In this document: positions 1-12,661 of the stretch, one piece after another
Position numbering within the stretch: the stretch's first letter is position 1
How the letters are laid out: each line of letters starts with the position of its first letter
Assembly (NCBI RefSeq): GCF_023055435.1
Contig: NW_025964334.1
Coordinates: 32,550,001 to 32,614,000 of the forward strand
DNA length: 64,000 nt
Direction: 5' to 3'
DNA from: Haliotis rufescens
Taxonomy: Eukaryota
The notes under the pieces: model-generated
Database searches by the model: none
Told to the model about the DNA's origin: nothing
What the model saw: the letters and a program-made list of their open reading frames with translations, nothing else
Program-made: the position numbers and the translations under genes

Positions 1-444
1 TTCGCGCGCACTTCCTATGTACAATGACGCGTGCCTGCTGTTCCGTGTTTGTTGCCGGCAGATGGCGGTAGTGTATCTGGGCATTATGGAGATATATTAA
101 ATATAAACACTGACCACGTTTGCAGACCTAATGGTGTTTACTCTGGTCCCCCGGGCTTCACACGCCGAATGCTTGTTTTGCCGGCCCCTCACCCCCCGGG
201 GCAGACTAGTGGTGGGGTGGGGGATGGGTCTCTGCGATCTGGAGTCAACGGGCGATCAAGCTACCAACCTCCTTCACCATCCTGTCGCAGGGTGGTTATC
301 TTTGTCACCATTCCTTTAATGCTAAAGCGTAAAACATTGGATATAAAACATCTGTACTGTCAACATTAAAACATAACAATAGTATATTAACTACAAAACT
401 AGTGAAATCATATTCTGATCATCTATACTGGAATACCCCCCAGC

Positions 445-449
445 CTCTC

Positions 450-503
<54 letters not shown>

Positions 504-519
504 TCTCTTTTTCTCTCTC
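445..519. repeat. (CT)n microsatellite
   Basis: Direct inspection of the CT dinucleotide run. Confidence 0.95.
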
Positions 520-1039
520 CAAATATTTGTCAAAATAAATAAGATTTCCTGAAATTATCAATTATGGAACTCGTGGCTACCACCCACATCGCATCATCCC
601 GCCCCGAAATTGTCAGTCCGTCCCCCAATTTAGTATCTTCGGACATTATCGTTATCTCCGTTGACCATCGCCGCGTGGACAGTGACCCTGGTGTCCGTGC
701 AGTTGTCCAGTAGTGCCGGTCTCCAGCTGTTCAGCCCCACCCATCTGTGCAGGCTTCTGTAGGCTCCCGTCACAGATAGAGCAAGCGTGATGCGCTTATC
801 AGCTTGAGAACCAGTCAATATGTCAGACCAAGTCTGCGTGGTTGCAGATTGTCCGCCGCCAGGTGGTGATAATGCACGTGAGACTGTGGTCAGTACATGC
901 TGCGCAGAGGTGTATGGGGGACAATGGTCACTAACTATGAAATACCATCTGGGATAGATAGGATGTTTACTTCGTGAAGTGGCTTTAAGGGGCAATTTAG
1001 AAGCTGTAGTATCAATATATAAAAGTGGCAAAACCCTTT

Positions 1040-1502
1040 CCATATTCCAGGGCATACAAACTTAGGACATACAGGATACATGTAGTTAAATATGAAATGA
1101 AATTAGAACCCTATCTCAGTCACTGTAAAACAAGAAGATATCGAGTGTACGTTTCCCAACTAAGATTAAGTAACCATAAATTAACTATAGAACATAGCCA
1201 TACAATGCCAACCATCCCAAATAATGAATCAGTCAATATCAACTGCATTTGTTTCCATATCTATCATTTCAAACAATAAATACCCCTTTATAATCAACCG
1301 TTGACATTTTATGTATAATAATATCATCAAATATGTAATATTGATTGTTTTGTTTTTGTATGTGTCTACAGGAATGTAAATTATGTATGTCTGTATATAT
1401 GTATATATGAATCATAATGTCTTGTCTTTTAAATTTGCATCTGTCCCGTAATGGAACGTTTCTGCAATAAATATTATCTTATCTTATCTTATCTTATCTT
1501 AT
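1040..1502 (+). mobile_element. 3' stub of a non-LTR retrotransposon (ORF2 C-terminus, 3' UTR and (TCTTA)n tail)
   Basis: Translation KLRTY..YEMKLEPYL..R..VSQLRLSNHKLTIE matches the typical LINE ORF2 C-terminal motif. It is followed by AATAAA and a (TCTTA)n tail; a second tail copy lies at about 1576-1640. Confidence 0.75.
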
Positions 1503-1964
1503 CCCACTACATCAGAGACTATATGCTCAACATGTACGTACGTACGTTTGTACGATATGTTTTGTCATTTAAATATTGCATCTATTCCGTAATGGAATGT
1601 TTTCTGCAATAATTACTATCTTATGTTATCTTATTCCATATAAAGACCCAGTTGACTTATGTATTTCAACTTTTGTATTATTTCAATGCAACACTTCGGT
1701 ACAGATGTTCATACCTTTATCAAGGGGCTTTTCTATCAACAATAACTCTATCACCATGACTTCGTAAAGTACATAGAACTGATTCTCGGTACATTGTTGT
1801 ATTAAGCGAAATTATTTCATAAGAAAAGCTTACATATATAAACAATAATGTTGAATAATGTACCCAATATGAGTGTGAGTTTGTTTTAGCCACTTAAGAA
1901 TAGTTCCAGTCGTATAACTTACCCCTACTAAACTTCAATACGTGTACGTCACCAACAATCAAGA

Positions 1965-2605
1965 ATCAAGAATCAAGAATGTTTATTGTGCAGAACACCC
2001 TCGTAGGGCCGGGTACAAACTATCTACATATGGGAATAAATATAATTATAGACATGAGAGGTAGATATACATACTGTGCATTTATATAGAGAGATATTAC
2101 ATCATAATAATCATAATCATAATCATAAAAAAATAATAATAATAGTGCATTTATAATATAATATCATATCATTTTGGCATTTAATAGAGCTAGTGTTCGA
2201 GAAGTAACTGTCTTTAGTAACGATAATTCGGACAGTACAAAAGGAAGTGTTTTTCATCTTCTATATTGCTTATGATATCTATAGGGGCGGTCGGGTAGCC
2301 TAGTGGTTAAAGCGTTCGCTCGTCACGCCGAAGACCCGGGTTCGAATCCCAACATGGGTACAATGTGTGAAGCCCATTTATGGTGTCCCCCGCCGTGATA
2401 TTGCTGGACTATTGCTAAAAGCGGCGTAAAACCAGTCTCACTCACTATGATATCTGTAAACCTTTATGAATATTGTGTAATACTAATGTGTTATATATCT
2501 GTGCATAATGTACATTAGATGTTTATCTGCCTTTGCAATTATATTTACTCCCAAATGTAGGTAGTCTGTTCTGTACAATACTGATTCTTAATTTTAACAG
2601 AAACT
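1965..2605 (-). mobile_element. 3' stub of a non-LTR retrotransposon, interrupted by SINE-A
   Basis: Minus-strand translations LLKLRIS..LP..GR and SNIEDEKHFLLYCP. AATAAA and a (TTCTTGA)n tail occur at the minus-strand 3' end. Confidence 0.75.
2284..2445 (+). mobile_element. SINE family A (tRNA-Asp-like head), full length
   Basis: A box TAGCCTAGTGG, B box GGTTCGAATCC, GTC anticodon-like loop and (ACTC)n tail. TSD tatgatatct(a/g)ta at 2271-2283 and 2446-2458. Confidence 0.95.
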
Positions 2606-2689
2606 CCAGACTCCAGAAATGGGCTTCGCACACTAAACCCATATAGAAAACCGAACCAAGGGCTTCTGCCTGAGGAGCGAACGCGAATG

Positions 2690-2916
2690 GAACTGGAAAG
2701 AAAGAAAACACCTTTCTGATGGTGACTAAAACTGAAAGAAACACAAAGTGGTTATTCGATGGTGACGTATTTGATACGGGTATCATAGTTTGTGTTTTGG
2801 ACCCGAGGTTTGTGCTGTTTCGGAGACTGTTTTCAGCCTAGTAACGTTTTGATAACGTTTGTAATTGTTTTGTTAAATTCAATTTCCAAGCGTATTCATT
2901 CTTTTGCCTGACAGTT
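2690..2916 (+). mobile_element. MITE family E (about 220 bp, Tc1/mariner-like non-autonomous)
   Basis: Matches about 10 dispersed copies in the window; terminal cttttgcctgacagtt. Confidence 0.75.
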
Positions 2917-3126
2917 TAGCAGGAGTGCAGCTATCAGAGGATGGTTTGCATTTATATAATTTTATAAAATGCAATATTTTTGAGTTCTGATGAATAACCA
3001 GGATTAGGTTTCTTTAAAGGAACAATAGGGCATGCCATAAGTACTCAGTGTTTTCTAATAACGAATACTGTATTTTGCTCAACTTCAGAATGTGTGCTCA
3101 ATAGATATGATGGGATTCCACGCCAT

Positions 3127-3229
3127 GGCCCCGTCGCACGAAGCGATCTTAGCTCCACGACCCATACCCCACACTTTATCATAGACTTACTACAGTCGTA
3201 GTACTAAGATCGATTTGTGAATCGAGTCC
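3127..3229. mobile_element. MITE family G (about 105 bp, palindromic)
   Basis: Internal gcgatcttagc/ctaagatcg inverted repeat; similar to the copies at 4586 and 24307. Confidence 0.6.
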
Positions 3230-3399
3230 TGATTTTAAGATATCTTGCCAAAGCGAAATCGATATTCAAAAAACGATCGCTTAAATATTCTTTCAATGAT
3301 AAATACATATTTTTATGCAAATTTTAGTCTAGATGAATTTCAAGCCAGCAACGCGCTAAACATTTCTAACGAGACGTATAAAATATCTTCAAATTCCGG

Positions 3400-4020
3400 A
3401 ACACTTTCGTTGCTCCCACGCAAACCACTTCCTTATGCACGCGGGTGTAGAGTGCCCCCTTGTCTAACACAACAAATATTCTTTATGTCATATCTCCGCC
3501 CTATCACATACGCGTGCACGACGCTTCCTAATTTCCTTTATCAAAGTACGGTAAGTCACTCGCAACAAAGAAAACCAGACCATCTTGAAATCGCGTCTGA
3601 TACGGGACCCTTTGAAGATGGCGAGATTTGGCGAGGTACCGCTATTTGATCGCGCGCGGCGTCGAGCCTATTGTTCAAGTGCTATTCACCTGCTGGTTAA
3701 ACCCGAGTCGTGGCTCTCCATTCATAAAGGACGCGGAGGTTCATTCATTAACTAGATGCTGGTAGGTGATAAATGGTTGCTCTCCGTCAGCGTCGGAGCG
3801 GACGAGATAGCGACAAATGAGAAATGTTTTGTTTCGGTTAGAACTATGTCTTTGATTATTACAGAGGTACCGACGTTCATAACTGTACGCGCGCGCGACA
3901 GCTGGTAATCAAGGGAGAACTAGTGAAGTAGCGAGAGATGCACGCGCACCTGGCGCGTCAGCAAAGAGACAGGGAATTCCATCGTAAAGAGACGTATTTG
4001 TCCATAAACATTTCTAACCG
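3400..4020. promoter_or_regulatory. TE-free CpG-rich candidate cis-regulatory element
   Basis: CGCGCG runs plus clustered TCF (CCTTTGAAG), YY1 (AAGATGGCG), Sox (CTATTGTT), NK2 (TCAAGTG) and ETS (ACTTCCT) motifs. Motif matches only. Confidence 0.35.
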
Positions 4021-4585
4021 AGTTCTTTGGAGTGGTTTCTTTGATATGAATTTATCGGAATTCCACCCGTTGATCAAAGGATGAATCTTACACAGTATCA
4101 ATATGTTGTTTCGCTTTAACCGAATTAAAAAATTCGTTATCCCAAGATAAGATAATATTTATTGCAGAACCAGTCCAAAATAATCGCGGAACAACACACA
4201 TAAAAGATCAGAATCGGATACATTTTTATTGCACTAACATTCCATTTGAGAACAGTTGCAATAAAAATTAGATAAATAAAAACAACAATTATTATCAACA
4301 TTTATATTATAGTTAACGCTAACCAAACGCTAACGCAGGAAATATTAACTGTTATAACATTAAACATGGGTGCTGAATTATTGTGTTCAGTATTGTGAGT
4401 TTAGTGGCATCATTTGATATGGGTTGATATTATGTACAGTGGAATCACGTTAATCCGAACGGTACCGTTCACAGAAATTTCGTCGGGATAAACGAATATT
4501 AACGAAATATGGTAAGTGTGGACATTCCTAATAATGTGTGTCCGGAATAGAGGGTATTCGGATTAAGGAGATCCGGACTAACAAG

Positions 4586-4693
4586 CCGGGTGCCGTTGTA
4601 CAAAACAACCTTAGCGCTACGACGGCCGTAAGCCCAAGGTATAGGAGTTACGATCACCTTAGCGCTAAGATCGCTTTGTACAACGGCACTCGG
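4586..4693. mobile_element. MITE family G, nested in an older pogo/Tc1-type MITE remnant (about 4435-4725)
   Basis: 19-bp terminal inverted repeats (TIRs) ccgggtgccgttgtacaaa / tttgtacaacggcactcgg. Confidence 0.85.
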
Positions 4694-4824
4694 TTCACAT
4701 GTCTGTTATACAAGCGATTAATGGAGGAGACGTTAACATTTTCACAACATTTCTAAGCATCAAACATGCATAGAGTTGCATACATTTACAAGTTGAGTGA
4801 ATGAATGAATGAGTAATGCAACTT

Positions 4825-4946
4825 CAGTAAACTACGTTTATAACGAACATGCTTTTAACGAACTGTCGGATATAACGACCTGTTTCTTGGTGCCTTCAAA
4901 TTAAAATTAGTGGTCCCTTTGAGTTCGTTATAACCGTAGTTTACTG
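4825..4946. mobile_element. pogo/Tc1-type MITE
   Basis: TIRs cagtaaactacgtttataacgaac / gttcgttataaccgtagtttactg, with TA on the right flank and internal ataacga repeats. Confidence 0.8.
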
Positions 4947-5339
4947 TATTGTCAGTACAAATGTCATTCCATGGGCATGGTTTTCTACAGTATATGCAAC
5001 ATATAGACATTATTGTATAAAAAATCCTTCTTGCAGCACAACCGTCTGTGGCTTTATAATTGAAAAGGTATATTCTATATTGAAAATGTATCAGTTTATT
5101 TTTTAAGAAAAAGCGATTTGTACTATTGGCAATAAACCATTACATAAGAATTCTCGTTTGTTTAGACCCTGGTAATCTGGAAACACTGCTTTCCGGGCGA
5201 TAAGTCTCTCTTACAGACATCAGGGTATATATTCAACAACACATGTTTCCCCCAGCCCACGCTCATTTCCTCCGCATCCCTACCAATCTATCTATACTCA
5301 CCCCTCCTCAGTTCTGAAAAAAAGACGTCATAATCGAGG

Positions 5340-5476
5340 NNNNNNNNNNNNNNNNNNNNNNNNNNNNNNNNNNNNNNNNNNNNNNNNNNNNNNNNNNNNN
5401 NNNNNNNNNNNNNNNNNNNNNNNNNNNNNNNNNNNNNNNNNNNNNNNNNNNNNNNNNNNNNNNNNNNNNNNNNNNN
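5340..5476. other. Assembly gap
   Basis: Run of N. Confidence 1.
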
Positions 5477-7619
5477 CCTGCTTGTTTTTTCAGAGAACCA
5501 GAAACTATCGCATTGACTTTTCAAAACAAATTTCAATTTAGGCTTGAGTTATTTTATCTAAGGGAAATCGTTCTACGCTCAATCTGCACTTTCCGTGAGA
5601 TAACAGTCGTATGATGGTATGTAAACAAATCCGATATCACACCCATCGTCCCCCCTCCCCACTGGGGTAATCAGATAAAATACTGGATCTTTGACAGACG
5701 GGAGTGATGTTGAAACGTTTTCGCGCCATATGACGACATCTCGCGACATGGCCAGACAGATGGGAAATGTCCAGAACGAGGCTGTCGACTTTGACAGTGT
5801 GGGAACCAGATGTCGAAAACGTCATCACGCGACTCGAGTAAAACGAGGCTTCAGCAGGTCATATTGCTTCACTAAATATGAGATCATAAATTTTATTGAT
5901 GTATTAAATATATAATTCAGAAGTTTTTCTAATTACATAAACAAAACACACACACGCACTTGCACACGCACGCACACGCACGCACACGCACACATAATTT
6001 ACTTCCGAAATGGTCAGCGATGAAATCACCAAGTTATGAAATAGGAAGTTTTAGAAATAAATAATTGAAGATGAAGATGAAGATGAAAATAAAGATGCGG
6101 GAAGGTATGATGCTGTATATTCTCTGTCAATGTGATTTTGAAAGCAAATTGGCAACCCTCTCTAACTTTGTGGAAATGCAAGACATGTTATCCGCGCGAT
6201 CTTGGATCAAATCATAATATAATTTTGTTGTTATGAACAGTTCATGCACCCATGGCAAAGTCCACCATGCACACGATATCATCTTCCGTGTCATTTGATT
6301 TAGTCGAGGGAGAAAAGAATTCTCCCTGTCTAATCAGATTACTTTAATGCTCACATTTCTGAACTATTTTTAAAGACATACGTTCCGTCCTTTTATCTCT
6401 GTTTTGACAGTGTTAGCAAACACAGCCCCCGAGCCCAACCTGATCCTATCTTTCACATAGATGTAGCGGTACAAGGCGGCTTTTTTCGCCTACAGCCGAC
6501 CATACGCTACCTCATACGGCGACTCCCCGCGACAGATCCTAGAGAAACATGGCCATAGCAGATGGTAACTGTCAGCCAATCAGAACCATTCCACTGTTCA
6601 CCCCAGCGTCCTACCTCCCCTTTGGAGGTCGGGTGTGGTATCAGAGAGTTCCAACATGTTGCTTCAAAGTGTATTCATACTCTCGTGCCAAAGTACATGT
6701 TTATCTTTGAATGAATGAAAACCATTAAACCATGAGTTGATTGAAATAAACACGGTGGTTTGCATGAATATTATATTTATTATATGCTCTGTGTCAATAC
6801 TATTCGACGCAAAACTGTTGATATAACCAAAGACGTATATACAATCTATAAACAATCTATATACGTCTTTGATATAACATTGCTTCTGCAGTGTAGCGAT
6901 AGCAGGTCGCCATTCACCAGGAACAAGGAAACTATTTCACCGATAGGTTTTGCAACCACGCTGCCAAGGTTATAATAGAAGAATTTATTTTCAAAACACA
7001 TGATTAATATAACACAAAGTGGGAAATGTCGTTGCCAAATCAGAATCAGTGGTTTTCAAACTGTAAATAAAAACTTTGTTAGTAAATTCATAACGGCAAT
7101 GTCAGATTATCTGCCGAAACAGATTCCATTGGGCGTAATAGACCACATAGTAATCAGGTTTCAAACATGACGCAGACAGATGACTTAGTAGACTAGAAGC
7201 AGTCTCTGGTACCAAAATACAATTTTGAAATACCTTTCCTTACTCCGAGGAAACGTTCCCCGTCATTGGTTTGTTCCGAATGCATTAACAGTTTCATGTG
7301 TTACTTTTCGGAGCACAAGTTTTGAATATATTTTTTTTCAGCTTTATGATTGGTTGTCAGGTAATGCCAAATGTTTATGACATTATATCATAAACAAACA
7401 TATATCAACTGACAATACAAACATACCTCGAACTCAACGTGGAACCGTATAGTAGCCTTTGAAACAATTTGACGAAATATGAAAACAAATCACTTATAAA
7501 TGCAAGATAATGCAAAGTATTGATCTTTGCTTTTAGAACTAGGTAACCTAAAGACCAAGATAACCCTTTCATTCTATGCTTTACGTGCAAAACGTGCATG
7601 GAACTCTGTTAGTAGTAGT

Positions 7620-7790
7620 CAGTCAGTCAGTCAGTTAGTATGGTTTTACGCCGCTTTTAGCAATATTCCAGCAATATCACGGCGGGGGACACCAGAAATG
7701 GGCTTCACACATTGTACCCATGTCGGGAATCGAACCCGGGTCTTCGGCGTGACGAGCGAACGCTTTAACCACTAGGCTACCCGACCGCCC
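7620..7790 (-). mobile_element. SINE family A, full length
   Basis: Near-identical to the 2284 copy; TSD ctgttagtagtagt at 7606-7619 and from 7791. Confidence 0.95.
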
Positions 7791-7794
7791 CTGT

Positions 7795-7839
<45 letters not shown>

Positions 7840-7905
7840 AAGAAGCCACAGCAGTAGCAGCAATACTAGCAGTAGTAGTAGTAGCAGCAGCAGTAGTAGT
7901 AGTAG
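7795..7905. repeat. (TAG)n/(CAG)n microsatellite
   Basis: Direct inspection; it explains the poly-Thr/Tyr ORFs. Confidence 0.95.
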
Positions 7906-7973
7906 CTATTAAAACCGACTTGGGGCATAATGGGCCTCTTTTGACCCAACATAATTTTAGTTGTATCATCTGA

Positions 7974-8225
7974 GTGAGTGAGTGAGTGAGTTGGGTTTAA
8001 CGCCGCTTTTAAAATTATTCCAGTTATATCACGGAGTGTCAGCTTAATGTGGGAAAGCCCCAAGTGATGCAGGTCTCAGACGTTTACCACTTCGGTGAAA
8101 CCTAGAAACATAATCGGGGCGAACCCAGATTCGAACCCACAATCATAGGTTTCTGGCGTGCCCAAGGGACGCAACTCTGCACAGCTAATCGCGGCGCCTT
8201 CGACGACTGGGCCACCCGTGCCCCC
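7974..8225 (-). mobile_element. SINE family D (tRNA-Leu-like head), full length
   Basis: A box TGGCCCAGTCG, B box GGTTCGAATC, shared tail and (ACTC)n. TSD tatcatctga at 7964-7973 and 8228-8237. Confidence 0.9.
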
Positions 8226-8959
8226 TATATCATCTGAATAGTAACCAGAGCACAAGTTCACTCAAAAGAAAAAGAAACGACGGAAAAGTCACCCTGCACA
8301 AGGCAATTATAAAACCACAAAACAACCCACAGAGAGGAGTGCGTTACTCAAATGGTTCAAGTGACGAGCCTCGCATATTGTAAAACAAACGTCGATTAAG
8401 TCTACCCAGTCACTACCGCACCCCAGAGACACCATACCGGTAGGTATATGGTCTCTGGTGACTCCCCCCCCCCCCCCCCCCTCATTCTTACCATCACCCC
8501 TACTCCAATTCACCCACACACTCCAATTTTGAGGATGCATATGGCCATACTTTCTGCTGACATTTCACTCAATAGGATCCCTTCTCAAGTCTAGTTAGCC
8601 TAGATGTCAGAACCAATGTCCTGTTTGGGAGTGAACTAGAACCAGTTCTCGTCAAGAGACGCGGGTATCCAGCCACCTGCCAGCGGCCAGGCATCAACTG
8701 GCTGAGACAGACGTAATGAACGTGCCGGCCTTACGTCCGTCGTTTGTCAAAACTAGTTACTGCAAGGAATTCCAGGTTAGACGCGCTAAGTTGGGCTGTC
8801 ATCACACCGGAAGTAGTTAGTGGTGATCATTATTCATGTAGCTCGGGGGATTCCTCTCCGACTGGGTTCTGTCTCTACATATCAACAGACGCCGTGATTA
8901 ACAGTAGATACAGCTGTCTGTATATGTACATATATACACATTGGGTTTAAAAGTGAAGT

Positions 8960-9410
8960 CGGAATTTAAGCATATTAAAGCATATCTGAAAGTAACGACC
9001 GCATTAGAACACCGCAAAGCAGTTACAAGGCTAAGAGTCAACGCTCACGAAATTCAAATTGAGAGTGGAAGGTATTTTAACACTCCCAACAGAAGAAATA
9101 TTATGTACCTTCTGTGATATTGATGAAATAGAAGACGAGGAACACTTCCTGTTACAATGCCCTCTCTACAAGGATCTGAAACAGGAACTAACTTCATCAC
9201 CCGCCTGCTATGCACCCAATACCTGTTACAAAAATTATCTCCAATTTCATTCACAAAATGTTCAGGCAAATATGTCTCTAGCAATATAATTATAGCAATA
9301 TGTGTATTCTATTGTGTATTTTAATTAGTCATGTTCATGTTTTGTACCCTGCCCCCTGTGGGTGTTCATGTACAATAAATCTTCTTCTTCTTCTTCTTCT
9401 TCTTCTTCTA
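8960..9410 (+). mobile_element. 3' stub of a non-LTR retrotransposon (CCHC C-terminal motif)
   Basis: LCTFCDIDEIEDEEHFLLQCPLY, followed by AATAAA and a (CTT)n tail. Confidence 0.85.
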
Positions 9411-9539
9411 CTATATTCGGTATGTTCGTTTAGAGTATGATCAAACGTATAGTTGATCTACCTGTATCAGATATAGTGTCAGTAGATTGTATATAAAGTT
9501 TACAGACATGTTCCACTTAGCGCTTCAAAATAAACCAAA

Positions 9540-10075
9540 TCAATTAAATTCAAGAAACAAAATTAGAACATGTACATAATTTAAGTCAGAAATTAAACTT
9601 GAAACCTATTTAGAACACTGCAAGAAAAAACACCGTACCCACTTCACCAAGCTATGGCTGATCACAGACCAAATTGAACTGGATAGAAGAACAAGACCAC
9701 CTATCACTTTAGAATAACGTCTCTGTGAACACTGGTCAGGATCAGTCCTTGAAGATGAAGGACACTATCTGATGTATTGTGGTAAATATTCAGATGTAAG
9801 GCACCCCCTGTTTAATTTTTTTCCTTAAAAAAATATTCCGAAAGCCTTTACATCACATAAATATTTAGTTCAGGTAAAATAGAAATACTCTGCTGTCATG
9901 TACTTATCATAGATAACCGAAGATCATAACGTAATATTTTGTATTGATACTTTGTGATGTTATCCTGTCTTCTTATATATCTGTATATATAGTTTAATGA
10001 ATATTGTCACTGTTTCTACTTGGAATGTTTGCGCAATAAAATCCTGTATCTTATATCTTGTATCTTCTATATCCT
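9540..10075 (+). mobile_element. Second, more degraded LINE 3' stub
   Basis: Broken translation LETYLEHC..RLCEH..LEDEGHYLMYCGKY, then AATAAA and a (TATCTTG)-like tail. Confidence 0.7.
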
Positions 10076-10084
10076 GCATATCGA

Positions 10085-10560
10085 GGCAATATATACGTTA
10101 TTTCAAGACAGCATATGTTTTAAAGGCATTTTATTCTTAATTTCAAGGCAGTATGTCCGTTTTTTAAAAGGCTATTCGCTATTTCAATGCAATATATCCC
10201 TCATATCAAGCCAATATATCCGTTATTTCAAAGAAGTATAAACCTTATTTCAAGGCAGCATATCCCTCATTCGAAGCCAATATATCCGTTATTTCAAGGC
10301 AATATATCCGTTATTTCAAGGCAATATACCCGTTATTTCAAGGCAATGTATCCGTTATTTCAAAGCAGTATACATCTTATTTCAAGGCAGCATATTCCTC
10401 ATTCGAAGCCAACATATCCGTTATTTCAAGGCAATATACCCGTTATTTCAAGGCAAGATACACCTTATTTCAAGGCAATATATCCGTTATTTCAAGGCAG
10501 AGTATGTTCGATATTTCAAGCAGTATATTCCTCACTTCGAGTTAAAATATTTCTTATTTC
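10085..10560. repeat. 22-bp minisatellite (ttatttcaaggcaatatatccg), about 20 copies
   Basis: Visible periodicity; ORF 10187-10579 (YPLFQ repeats) is its translation. Confidence 0.9.
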
Positions 10561-10858
10561 GACTCAGTATATATCTTAGTTGATTATCTCTAACATTTAT
10601 TCCAAAGCTATATACAAATATATCTATTGTTTAAGGTATATAAAATATATGTGTGCCATGCAAACCTTGATTGTATCTGGTATTCCCTGCATAAGGATAT
10701 GTATTAGAGTGGTGGTCTGTTATCACTCGCCAATGCAGTCGAACGTGTGAATCATCAAGACAATGATCGCTGATACACTTCTTGTTACTAAGCTCGTATA
10801 TACCTGGGCATACCCGAAACCGAAGTCTCCCTATGCAATCTCCCTTGTCTTCAACGCA

Positions 10859-11173
10859 TGGTGAGGTGAGGTGAGGTGAGATGATGTCCCGTTCAAGATT
10901 ATTGCACTTATATAGCGACGTGCATGACTGCGCGATGCTTGTACAAGTCCGGACTTAATAGTGCTAGCCCCCGGAGATACCATGTCGCACTCAGACACAG
11001 TTCTTAGCCGAACGAGCCGACCTTCTTTTATTTCCCCGAGCAACCAGACAGGGTAATAACAATTTTTAAGTACCATCTTTAAACGTATTTTAGTATGACC
11101 CGGTAAGGGGATCGAACCACCGACCTACAGCTCTCGGGGCAGATGCTCTATCCACAAGACCACGGAGGCGGTC
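10859..11173 (-). mobile_element. SINE family C (tRNA head plus V-SINE-like body), diverged
   Basis: Reverse complement of the 29001 and 35565 copies, with an (CTCAC)n tail. Confidence 0.85.
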
Positions 11174-11186
11174 TCTTCCTACACTT

Positions 11187-11242
11187 GGGGCGGTGGGGTA
11201 GCTCAGTTGTTAAAGCGTTCGCTGGCCACGGCGAATGCCCGC
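11187..11242 (+). mobile_element. SINE-A head fragment
   Basis: ggggcggtggggtagctcagttgttaaagcgttcgct. Confidence 0.7.
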
Positions 11243-12544
11243 ATTCTATTCATACAAAACGAATCTGAAAGCGAGCAAAGGGTAGATGTAAATGTCACAC
11301 ACTCGTGTTCACTGGACATACGTCGTTGTAGAGAAGTTATAATGATAAATTCGAAACGTGTTGTCACATACGTCTTCTTACAAAGTTAGTAAAAGTGAAA
11401 CGGGATTTACGAGCTGAAAGTTTGTGAACAACCTCGGTCTCGTTGTGTACAGGCCCATTAAGCTCGGATAACCCTAGCCTTGCTCCAAGGCTGATCTGAA
11501 AGATAAGTCCATGTCTGTGTAGTAATTCTATCCTCCTAATGGGCAAGTTTAGATGTGTGGACAGTACAACTCAAGTCTCTTATAGGGACAGCTTGTTATT
11601 ATTTCCATAATCTAGAAATTATAATAATAATTATTATTGCCTTAGAGACTTGTGTAAGTCTCGTATAACCCTCACACGTCGTTGTTGACACATGTAACTC
11701 TCCGTCTTATGTTTGTTGTTGAAAGTCACAATGTTCCATCATTAAGGTCAGGAATTCTCAAACCAGGCCCCGAGCAGGTGGGTTTGACAAGGATGGAACC
11801 CCTGTCACTGCCCATCATACCATCTACGTGTATATTTTTGGATATTCTTATCAGCGAACCCAAACCCATTTTGTCCGCTGTGAACTAACTATATAAGTAG
11901 TCTAGAGTGTCAGAAATCACCACGTGGTTAACACCAAAAGCTGCACGAGGCAAAGGAACACGGTCATGTTAATTACAGCCTACATGACCTGAGTACGGGA
12001 CACTGTTCGTTTTTTATGTCAAGACATCAATCCGAATTTTGTAGAAAACCAATATGTCTGCGTTATCGCGTTTGCGTAGTTTGAATGCTTGAAGGAATCG
12101 GAGGCGTGTTTTATCTCTCCGCCGTCCAGATAGGAATTTAGTGCTGTTTGAAAACATATGGTACAGATTTGATGTCAAGAAGTTCGTCCACAAAATTCTT
12201 CCACATATCTCAAAATGGCGGCGGCTCAAACGCTAGGGTGACAAGGGAAAATGAATCTGTAATCTGTCTCCGTTTTTTATCACCGCAGCTGTTTTTTGAT
12301 CACCCAATAAATAAAAGTCAAACTGCGGTACATTATCCCTGATAAGGAGTAATGAAATACTAATCTCTCGTTAATCTCAACATTATTGTTTTACGAAACG
12401 CTTCTTGTGTTAATGCGGAAGGTCTCTTTGGACCCTGAGATCAGTTTTATATAACCCTTGGCATCCCATCACTGTACTCTCGACGATAATGAGTATCATA
12501 TTACAGCTGAGTTTGCCTTTGCACAATGTAAACCTCTCTCTCCA

Positions 12545-12647
12545 CTATGGTGAAACCCACGAACCGATATTCGACTCCACGATCATAATTTCTGGTATGC
12601 CAAAGGGACGCACAGCGAATTTTTAACGACTGGGCCACCCGTGCCCC
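12545..12647 (-). mobile_element. SINE-D degraded 5' part
   Basis: Ends in gactgggccacccgtgcccc, identical to the 8225 copy. Confidence 0.7.
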
Positions 12648-12661
12648 GTCATGGAATGAAT

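Noticed and set aside
2284-2355. Functional tRNA-Asp gene (likewise the heads of families C and D)
   Set aside because: The acceptor stem does not pair, and the head is always fused to a SINE body and tail and flanked by TSDs.
10187-10579. Repetitive protein ORF (YPLFQ repeats)
   Set aside because: Translation of a 22-bp repeat whose unit is not a multiple of 3; no splice or codon support.
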